The notes under the pieces were generated by a model. The model searched no databases. It was not told the origin of the DNA and was given only the letters and a program-made list of their open reading frames with translations. Position numbers and translations under genes: made by a program. Shown piece after piece: positions 60,001 through 64,000 of a DNA stretch of 64,000 nt. The stretch's first letter is position 1. Each line of letters starts with the position of its first letter. Source of the DNA: Octopus vulgaris (lineage: Eukaryota); the NCBI GenBank assembly GCA_951406725.2, contig OX597819.1, forward strand, positions 40,238,001 through 40,302,000, read 5' to 3'.

Positions 60001-61219
60001 ATTGATCAGAAGTTTTGATGATGTCTATTGTAATGCTGGGTAGTTATTGTTGTTGTTGCTACTTCTGCTGCTGCTGATGTTGTTGAGGAGCCCTGAATAA
60101 ACAGAATTATCATCAAAGGTGTTCAAGCTGTGAATATCACATCTTTGTCCCAGGCACTGTGCACTCAGGATTACATTGTCCAATGTGTCTTTGTCTAAGT
60201 TGGTAGGTTGTAATTTTAGAGAGATTTGGCTACTACTTTTAGCAAGTTGAGCAATATGTAGAAACTCCTCCATTGGTGGGAGCTGGAGAAAGTAGATGCA
60301 GTCACTCTGAGATACTGACATTTCATACAGAAGATGAATTTTGAGTCTAGTCTAGCAATTGATAAATGCTGATATATATTTTGTGCTTGTCTGAAGGAAT
60401 AGAGGATCTTTTCGGTTTGAACGGCAGTTTTTAACATAATTTCTAGGTAACTAAAAAATTTTAAACTTTGTATACTAGTAGAATGTGTTTATAAAACATC
60501 TTTTTCTCTTGGCTTTATTGAGAAAATTCTATAGTTTGTAAGATATTTGTTGTTTTTTCCTTCAATTTCTGCAATTTCAACCAATCACTGACGTCCATTG
60601 AGGTAAAAAACATTCTGTGCCGTATGAATATGTCCCTCGTTTAAGAAACAAATTGGGTTTATTTACATTTGTGAAGAAAAAAAGATACCCTCACTCCCAC
60701 CCCTAACTCTAAAACAGATTGAAATGCAATAGATTGATACTAGGGTCATAATTATGGGTGACAATTTAATATGACACCACTAGAAAAAATTGCCGTTCAA
60801 ACCGAAAAGATCCGGAATAGATTTGAGAGATAAAGATTTTTAAATGATTCTTTATTAGCAAGTCAATATGTTTAGATGTTTCAACAGTGTTTGTTTAATC
60901 CATTATTCACCTGTGTCTAAGATACAGTCATATCCTAATTTATCTGATAGTCAAAAATCCTCTTTTTTTTCTTTTTATCAAAATAGAGAAAATAAATTCT
61001 CATCAGTATTTCTCATTTCTTAATTTTCTTTTCTCTTCTTGCCTTTTAGCTTTTATCAATAACAAAGACTCGTTTGATCACTCTGATGCAAACATCAGAA
61101 AAGTTACAACATTTGTCAAAGGAACTTTGTCTGGACAGTACTTTAAACTAAACCAAATTGTGCGCGCCACATTCTCAGAAATAGTTCAGAAAGCTGTTGT
61201 GATGCGAAATATTTACTGA
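10285..61219 (+). CDS. INTS2: Integrator complex subunit 2, full gene span (23 coding exons, 3534 nt, 1177 aa)
   Basis: The spliced product has recognisable INTS2 motifs: LPALVRMAL, LLSIDFHSLEQD, ELPSLLP, RLYCALKG, LIAIHFHSNQ, FTQEIFTEQV, LATHYPHLCLVEDW, AQESAVVQILLE, CSFLHQMYIADPNLAKLVHFQGYP, AGIPSMHIC, AFPPL. All introns are GT..AG with consistent phases. Confidence 0.96.
13025..13430 (-). mobile_element. SINE-like family S4 (internal modules, (ATG)n tail)
   Basis: catcatcat..tttaacgt..ggatgcccttcctaacgccaacc plus repeated gtgctttttacgtgccac modules. Confidence 0.8.
13655..13985. mobile_element. hAT (Charlie-like) MITE
   Basis: TIRs caagggttctcaacc / ggtcgagaacccttg. Near-identical 8-bp flanks acttagag / cactagag. 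Confidence 0.7.
14138..14496 (+). mobile_element. tRNA-derived SINE family S3 (tail type b) with 15-bp TSD
   Basis: TSD taaatgtatgtttga at 14123-14137 and 14497-14511. A/B-box-like head. Confidence 0.88.
14751..14950 (-). mobile_element. piggyBac-like MITE, truncated
   Basis: ttaa|ccctttag start; same family and orientation as 38051-38267. Confidence 0.65.
15150..15515 (+). mobile_element. SINE family S1, 5'-truncated, with internal (TA)n/(TG)n
   Basis: Matches the copy at 16192-16575. Confidence 0.85.
16192..16575 (+). mobile_element. SINE family S1, full length
   Basis: tRNA-like head (gggttcagtccc), CORE-like gtggcaccttgggcaagt, tail aaatgactgaaacaagtaaaagag. Confidence 0.88.
16786..17233. 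mobile_element. Unclassified MITE with long imperfect inverted ends
   Basis: gaattctggtttaagcaccgcataaaacccct versus aggggtttatatggggtgcttcaggcagaattc, plus subterminal inverted blocks. Confidence 0.65.
17349..17487 (+). CDS. INTS2: INTS2 exon 2
   Basis: tttag|G; EKIGSNQSES...IFFIIGQ; CAG|gtaaaa. Confidence 0.92.
17724..17823 (+). CDS. INTS2: INTS2 exon 3
   Basis: ttgcag|; IKESKDFYVKSSELFECEIYLEDISDVLCIAQA; G|gtaatt. Confidence 0.92.
18740..19480 (+). mobile_element. CR1-group LINE 3' end
   Basis: KELGILVD, LVRPILEYG, LSYEERLK, RRGDLI, FSVRVADLWNKLP; short 3' UTR and (cttaa)n tail. Confidence 0.9.
19683..19796 (+). CDS. INTS2: INTS2 exon 4
   Basis: ttccag|; ELPSLLPIVSLANALL...VANSPDCFHE; G|gtttgt. 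Confidence 0.92.
19923..20484. mobile_element. Tigger/pogo-like MITE
   Basis: TA|cagtaatacctc ... ggcattactg|TA termini; the right TA runs into a (TA)n tract. Confidence 0.7.
20485..20542. repeat. (TA)n microsatellite
   Basis: Seen directly. Confidence 0.95.
21037..21167 (+). CDS. INTS2: INTS2 exon 5
   Basis: tttcag|; VCKHLVSHGDKVDEDS...MNPSETLTVRSLC; |gtaagt. Confidence 0.92.
21232..21780 (+). mobile_element. SINE-like family S4
   Basis: Tandem modules followed by ggcgttaggaagggcatccagctgtagaaac...gttaaacgttgatgatga. Confidence 0.8.
21830..22150 (-). mobile_element. SINE with CORE-like head and tail type b
   Basis: Tail matches 14330-14495; head differs (gtgtccttgagcaagacac). Confidence 0.7.
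22230..22482 (+). mobile_element. SINE S1 5' half ending in a long (TA)n
   Basis: S1 head and core followed by a microsatellite. Confidence 0.75.
22631..23105 (-). mobile_element. SINE-like family S4, young subfamily
   Basis: Near-identical reverse complement of about 31137-31560. Confidence 0.85.
23234..23321. repeat. 42-bp inverted repeat with 4-nt loop
   Basis: aagcagattttttttgccaaccttcatttgcttcctagcaag-gtaa-cttgctaggaagcaaatgaatgttggcaaaaaaaatctgctt; one mismatch. Confidence 0.95.
23815..24009 (+). CDS. INTS2: INTS2 exon 6
   Basis: tttag|; VQHCAMPGL...FITGLLLGPDQNVRTWFSQYIKSGQK; |gtcagt. Confidence 0.92.
25247..25413 (+). CDS. INTS2: INTS2 exon 7
   Basis: tttag|; KKKGKMVLLISLRETL...KASSFIRLYCALKGMAAF; AA|gtaagt. 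Confidence 0.9.
25503..25820 (-). mobile_element. S4 element nested inside an S2 SINE
   Basis: S2 head (ggcagcaagctggcaaaattgttagc) on the left and its continuation (ttctgggttcaaattctgcc) on the right. Confidence 0.7.
25995..26195 (+). mobile_element. SINE family S2
   Basis: Core gactttgcctttcatcctttcggggttgataaattaagt. Confidence 0.8.
26259..26384 (+). CDS. INTS2: INTS2 exon 8
   Basis: gacag|; FTEQEMKLILDLITSQPPLTAAGARFVSLGLCFL; AC|gtaagt. Confidence 0.92.
26653..27060 (+). mobile_element. Merlin-like MITE, copy 1
   Basis: TIR ggatcttttcggtttgaacgg; 8-bp TSD agtggtct on both sides. Confidence 0.85.
27323..27630 (+). mobile_element. SINE family S3 (tail type c) with 16-bp TSD
   Basis: TSD aacagtgatctaattg / aacagtgacctaattg. 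Confidence 0.85.
27974..28045 (+). CDS. INTS2: INTS2 exon 9
   Basis: tttcag|; TSEQEGQVTEWIRWLMKFGDSFE; AA|gtgagt. Confidence 0.9.
29100..29211 (+). CDS. INTS2: INTS2 exon 10
   Basis: tctcag|; ETGGTSFEELLFLIAIHFHSNQ...TLGMK; |gtaatg. Confidence 0.92.
29226..29302. repeat. (CT)n microsatellite just after the exon 10 donor
   Basis: Seen directly. Confidence 0.9.
29690..30140 (+). mobile_element. Degenerate RTE LINE 3' fragment
   Basis: IERLQLWCYGHVIRM resembles the RTE QLRWFGHV.RM motif. Confidence 0.6.
30750..31560 (+). mobile_element. S4 element with internal tandem amplification (about 3 units of 153-165 bp)
   Basis: gaagacatgttggggcaagcgaaatcg recurs at 30861, 31026 and 31179; (GAT)n tail. 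Confidence 0.85.
31705..31773 (+). CDS. INTS2: INTS2 exon 11
   Basis: tttag|; SPVKSNSLTKLRYIFTQEIFTEQ; |gtaaga. Confidence 0.92.
32003..32224 (+). mobile_element. piggyBac-like MITE
   Basis: ccctttagcatt...aaaggg|ttaa. Confidence 0.75.
32776..32910 (+). CDS. INTS2: INTS2 exon 12
   Basis: ttcag|; VITMHAVKVPVTPQLNANMTGYLPVHSIYQLLKS...KVPIK; |gtaagt. Confidence 0.93.
33529..33844 (+). CDS. INTS2: INTS2 exon 13
   Basis: ttcag|; DWIYKQM...LTPQLLMLYYMLLYED; G|gtaagt. Confidence 0.93.
35159..35285 (+). CDS. INTS2: INTS2 exon 14
   Basis: tttcag|; ...EEIPINFLIQEAQKNQHFYAGLFSPLL; AG|gttagt. Confidence 0.92.
35578..35829 (-). mobile_element. SINE with CORE-like head and c-like tail, 13-bp TSD
   Basis: TSD tttcaacatgtat at 35565-35577 and 35830-35842. 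Confidence 0.8.
36499..36632 (+). CDS. INTS2: INTS2 exon 15
   Basis: ttacag|; LLATHYPHLCLVEDWL...PEAFQK; G|gtaaat. Confidence 0.93.
36732..36958 (+). mobile_element. piggyBac-like MITE
   Basis: ttaa|ccttttag...ctaaaggg|ttat. Confidence 0.75.
37375..37750 (+). mobile_element. SINE family S1 (diverged)
   Basis: Colinear with 16192-16575. Confidence 0.75.
38051..38267 (-). mobile_element. piggyBac-like MITE, opposite orientation
   Basis: ttaa|ccctttagcatt...aatgctaaagag|ttaa; the interior is the reverse complement of the 39088 copy. Confidence 0.8.
38852..39062 (+). CDS. INTS2: INTS2 exon 16
   Basis: aacag|; AVDDVAKK...VPRRVQDLIKKIWFRLHGLMPR; AG|gtaatt. Confidence 0.92.
39088..39306 (+). mobile_element. 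piggyBac-like MITE
   Basis: ccctttagcattcagattactc start, 25 nt after the exon 16 donor. Confidence 0.75.
39444..40681 (+). mobile_element. Full-length mariner transposon with pseudogenised transposase
   Basis: TA|tcaggtcatcctataagttctgtccga ... tcggacagaacttatgggataacctga|TA. Motifs WFAKFRSGDFSLED, KWVPHEL, VTGD, HQDNA* and YSPDLAPSEYHLF are split over several frames. Confidence 0.93.
41730..42192 (+). mobile_element. SINE-like family S4
   Basis: Colinear with 21270-21780. Confidence 0.8.
42213..42353. repeat. Imperfect inverted repeat of about 41 bp (MITE relic)
   Basis: aggacaattacccacctaggacaattccccctgatgacaac versus gttgtcctcaggggtaactgtccttggtgggttattgtgcat. Confidence 0.6.
42564..42692 (+). 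CDS. INTS2: INTS2 exon 17
   Basis: ttcag|; LRLMTVNAL...DITVDPLVVLQCDNRVF; AG|gtaagt. Confidence 0.93.
42930..43133 (+). mobile_element. Mariner-derived MITE
   Basis: Inverted gaaaagttcct...aggaacttttc; retains the transposase C-terminus KCVNLK.EY. Confidence 0.65.
45711..45993 (+). CDS. INTS2: INTS2 exon 18
   Basis: tttcag|; CPPVLEIVLRVL...LKNALTSAQESAVVQILLECC; |gtaagc. Confidence 0.93.
47831..48225 (-). mobile_element. SINE family S1, full length
   Basis: Reverse complement of 16192-16575. Confidence 0.88.
48340..48755 (+). mobile_element. SINE with S1 head and an S4-like 3' end
   Basis: S1 head, then (TG)n, then ggttggcaacaggaaggtcatccagcc and (GAT)n. Confidence 0.7.
49605..49920 (-). 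mobile_element. Degenerate mariner 3' fragment
   Basis: Minus-strand GVLFHQGNPPA and CVDY*REY. Confidence 0.55.
50006..50116 (+). CDS. INTS2: INTS2 exon 19
   Basis: ttcag|; KETSLLSNLREVQCLICSFLHQMYIADPNLAKLVHFQ; |gtaaac. Confidence 0.94.
50280..50495 (-). mobile_element. piggyBac-like MITE
   Basis: ttaa|ctctttagcatt...tactaaagtg|ttaa. Confidence 0.75.
50555..50855 (-). mobile_element. SINE-like family S4
   Basis: Same terminal block and modules as 13025. Confidence 0.75.
51200..51720 (-). mobile_element. Degenerate RTE LINE fragment
   Basis: VLPTMLYACETW and ERAMEKLMLGI. Confidence 0.75.
52312..52611. repeat. 18-bp minisatellite, about 16 units (ctatcaatggcctctgct)
   Basis: Seen directly; translates as (INGLCS)n, (MASALS)n or (DRAEAI)n. 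Confidence 0.95.
52767..52874 (+). CDS. INTS2: INTS2 exon 20
   Basis: ttgcag|; GYPSELLPITVAGIPSMHICFDFIPELLSQPQMEKQ; |gtaagt. Confidence 0.94.
52940..53180 (+). mobile_element. SINE family S2 with an internal 21-bp tandem duplication
   Basis: accagttaaatactgtggttg occurs twice. Confidence 0.7.
53820..54033. repeat. Compound (TA)/(TATG)/(TG)/(CA) microsatellite
   Basis: Seen directly. Confidence 0.9.
54034..54675 (-). mobile_element. RTE (BovB-like) LINE 3' end with three C2H2-like fingers
   Basis: QLFYGEL..G.R...QKKRYKD.LK...WE..A.DR..WR; fingers CSVC..SH, CWAC..VH and CQFC..SH. Confidence 0.85.
55452..55557 (+). CDS. INTS2: INTS2 exon 21
   Basis: cttcaag| (AAG acceptor); MFAIELASHLCLQYALPKAMNIARVII; G|gtgagt. 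Confidence 0.9.
55985..56545 (-). mobile_element. Degenerate RTE LINE fragment
   Basis: LDIKWTDWVINKIVL resembles the RTE I.W.D.V.N..VL motif; KDVCKR-like end. Confidence 0.65.
56693..56752 (-). mobile_element. 60-bp 5'-truncated S2 SINE tail with 14-bp TSD
   Basis: TSD atgctgcattatct at 56679-56692 and 56753-56766; matches the 3' end of 4194-4395. Confidence 0.8.
57345..57700 (+). mobile_element. SINE with S1 head and an S4-like 3' end
   Basis: Colinear with 48340-48755. Confidence 0.7.
57705..57926. mobile_element. Second piggyBac-like MITE family, inserted at the TTAA of a SINE tail
   Basis: ttaa|ccctttcgttacc...ggtatcaaaagag|ttaa; the flanks rejoin as gtggatatttaaacaatga. Confidence 0.7.
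58232..58548 (-). mobile_element. SINE-like family S4
   Basis: Same terminal block as 22631. Confidence 0.8.
59297..59464 (+). CDS. INTS2: INTS2 exon 22
   Basis: tttcag|; AFSAHERAEFL...CQAFPPLCEDVTSLLMQIGRVC; G|gtatgt. An alternative acceptor would start the exon at 59306. Confidence 0.9.
59625..59843 (+). mobile_element. piggyBac-like MITE
   Basis: ttaa|ccctttagtatt...aatactaatggg|ttaa. Confidence 0.8.
60404..60813 (-). mobile_element. Merlin-like MITE, copy 2 (inverted relative to copy 1)
   Basis: Perfect 23-bp TIR ggatcttttcggtttgaacggca; 8-bp TSD ggaataga on both sides. Confidence 0.88.
61050..61219 (+). CDS. INTS2: INTS2 exon 23 (terminal)
   Basis: Long pyrimidine tract, tttag|; AFINNKD...IVRATFSEIVQKAVVMRNIY*; phase 1 is compatible. 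Confidence 0.82.
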
Positions 61220-61573
61220 ATTGTGCATTTTGATACCAGTATGATCTTGTAGATAACTAACCAAATCATTTCATCATTTCTTACATCTCATGATCATTTC
61301 TTCTTCAACCACTGCTTGCATACCAAATCACTCTCTGTTGACTAATCATCATTCATACATCATACCTTTCAGTCAAGCATACAAAACCCACCTCATTTTG
61401 ACCATTGCCCACTGACAGGATCATTTCATGACACATTAGCCCTTTCCATGTACTCTTTTGGATACATGCTATTTCTTCACATGTTCCTCCTTGGTTATAC
61501 AACAGATCATTTTTATCCTACCCATTCACTGACTTCTTCACAAATTATTTTAATTTCCTCATTGATTATTTGA

Positions 61574-61579
61574 AATAAA
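61574..61579 (+). terminator. Candidate polyadenylation signal AATAAA
   Basis: First AATAAA I found after the stop, followed by a GT-rich tract (gtttgctgttgttgctgtt). Confidence 0.4.
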
Positions 61580-62089
61580 TATGGATGGATGGTTAAGTGA
61601 GAGTTTGCTGTTGTTGCTGTTACTGCCTTGTAGGAGGTCTATTTAATTATCTTTTATGTAATCATGTACACAATGATTGTCTAGTAATGTACTCCATTCA
61701 AATCCTGACATGGTCAACTTTTCTTTTCATCCTTCTGGAGTCTACATACTAAAGTATCAAGTTACATAAATTTGTAGTCTTGTACATAAGCTGTTAATCA
61801 AAATTTACCATTTTGCTTTAGTTTTCATATGGAGAACTTCTAAATAGCTCTTCATAAATATTCTCTCCAAATGAATTAGATAGAATATTTAAACCAAAGT
61901 ATTGCATTTTTAAAGATTGACTAATATAAAAATTTAATTAGATCTGATGATGTCAATAAGTTTCTGGCTGTGTACATCTGTTATCAAGTTATGTTATTTG
62001 TTAAGCAATAACGTGTATATATTTTTAAGGTAAGAAAGATCTCCAATATGCATGTTATACATCCATGTGTGTGTATACATATATATATT

Positions 62090-62285
62090 GGTTTCAAATT
62101 TTGGTGCATGGCCAGCAATTCGGGGGTAGAGTAAGTCGATTACATAGACCCTAGTGCTCACCTGGTATTTATTTAATCAACATTGAAAGGATGAAGAGAA
62201 AAGTCGACCTTAGTGGAATTTGAACTCAGAATGTAAAGACGTAAAGCATGCCCATCATGCTAACAATTCTGCCAGCTCACCACCT
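62090..62285 (-). mobile_element. SINE family S2
   Basis: Reverse complement of the S2 head and core. Confidence 0.75.
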
Positions 62286-62418
62286 CGTATACATATATAT
62301 TTATATGTATGTCTGTGTAGGTTGGACATACAATATATTCCAAATCTGTGATTAAAGTGTAAGTCAAAATAATTAAACTGAAAATAAAAGTATGACAGCA
62401 AAATTAATGTAGTAAAGG

Positions 62419-62800
62419 TTGTTGTTGTTGTTGGCATCCTTTTTGTCTCGGGGAAACAATGGAGTTGCTCATAAAATAATCTAGTCAGGCTTTTACATTT
62501 CATGTCCTAATACATTTCCTGCTGTGGCTGTGTAGTCCTATCCTGGACAAATACTCCCTCTAGCAGGTGCTGCAAATGTAGCGAAAACTTTTCCTGGCTG
62601 GTTGTAATGTCATACTTTCTTGTTGATGTCTTTTCTTGTCTTTCCATTTCTCCTCTCTCTCTCTGTCACTCCTTTGTGTTCCTTCTTTTACAGTGCATCA
62701 CCAATCTCCACGGTTGCTGGCAACTGCTTCCCAGTTGCTAATATAGATGTTGCAGACCTTCATGTCCCTTTTGCAAACGTCCTTGTGTTGAATACCTTGT
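62419..62800 (-). mobile_element. RTE (BovB-like) LINE 3' end
   Basis: KDVCKRDMKVCNI..SNWEAVASNRGDW, a single finger SRIGLHSHSRKC, and a (CAA)n tail. Confidence 0.8.
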
Positions 62801-63296
62801 AGTAAAGGTATTCAACACAAAATGTTATTTTCTTTCACAATATGCAAATATTAAAATTTGTAACAACCATATACCTTAGCAGTAATGGAGTAAGTGTATG
62901 TAAAATCCATAATTCTCTTACACATACATGCCACATGCTTGTACTCATTTAAACTTGCACATACGCATGCATTTTTTTCCTTCTTGATTGTGCATCAAAT
63001 CCAATTATGATTCTAAGAATGATGGACAGTACACCTTCTCCTCAACTTACAACTCAAGTTCTGTTCCAACTGACTGGTTGTAAGTCAATCTGGTCATATG
63101 GTGGATTCATATTTTTCAACATTATTTTCATTCTTGCAGTTGATGCTTGAAATCAACTGAGTGAAAGACTGGTAGGCAGTGGATGCTTAGGCCTGAGTGA
63201 GGCCTGCATTGCCAGATGCTGCCATAGTTATCATTCATGCAACTGCCCAACGTCCAAAATTTTATTTATTTATTTATTTTTTGTGGTCATAAGTCA

Positions 63297-63686
63297 CATA
63301 CTCTTTACTCTCTTTTACTTGTTTCAGTCATTTGACTGTGACCATGCTGGAGCACTGCCATTGGTTGAGCAAATCGACCCCAGGACTTATTCTTTGTAAG
63401 CCTAGTACTTATTCTATCGGTCTCTTTTGCCAAACCACTAAGTTACAGGGGACGTAAACACACCACCATCAGTTGTCAAGCGATGTTGGGGGAACAAACA
63501 CATACACACATACATATAAACGACGGGCTTCTTTCAGTTTCCGTTTACCAAATCCACTCACAAGGCTTTGGTCAGCCCGAGGCTATAGTAGAAGACACTT
63601 GCTCAAGGTGCCACGCAGTGGGAATGAACCTGGAACCATGTGGTTGGTAAGCAAGCTACTTACCACACAGCCACTCCTGGCGCATA
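63297..63686 (-). mobile_element. SINE family S1, full length, 12-bp TSD
   Basis: TSD ggtcataagtca at 63285-63296 and 63687-63698. Confidence 0.88.
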
Positions 63687-63809
63687 GGTCATAAGTCAAG
63701 GAGAAAGTGTATTTGGTATCCAGTGCAGGAATGACAGATTTTGCAGCATATATAGATAATAGATAATGTTTGTTTTGGCAGAAAGCAGTCATGGTTTTGT
63801 GCTCTTGAA

Positions 63810-64000
63810 ATCTTCTATCTTGTTTCAGTCATTTGACTGCGGGCCTGCTGGGGCACTGTCTTGAAGGGTTCTAGTTGAACAAATCAACCCTAGGACATTT
63901 TTTTTTTAAGTCCTGTACTTATTTTATCAGTCTCTTTTGCTGAACTGCTAAGTTACAGGGACATAAACACGCCAACACCAGTTGTCAAGTGGGGGTGAGG
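63810..64000 (-). mobile_element. SINE family S1 3' part (runs off the window)
   Basis: cttgtttcagtcatttgactgc terminal block. Confidence 0.8.

Noticed and set aside
10596-61049. U12-type minor introns in INTS2
   Set aside because: None of the 22 donors matches RTATCCTT; all look like U2-type GT-AG.

Overview
AT-rich, repeat-dense eukaryotic genomic DNA. The SINE families suggest an octopus or other coleoid cephalopod (inference). The window holds one complete 23-exon + strand gene encoding Integrator complex subunit 2 (INTS2), from ATG 10285 to TGA 61219. I rebuilt it by hand: all introns are GT..AG, all phases are compatible, and the 3534-nt CDS gives 1177 aa. The probable 5' end of a divergently oriented gene lies at 1-530 on the - strand. 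The rest is transposon sequence: several modular tRNA-derived SINE families, CR1-type and RTE-type LINE relics, a full-length but decayed mariner, and MITEs of Merlin-, piggyBac-, hAT- and Tigger-like type. I found no prokaryote-style system (no CRISPR, no operon). The best leads are hypotheses about INTS2 pre-mRNA structure: an inverted SINE pair around a frame-closed block of exons 6-10, a stop-containing alternative acceptor before exon 6, a 42-bp perfect-type hairpin, inverted MITEs around exon 16, and a minisatellite that seems to have grown from an RTE LINE end.
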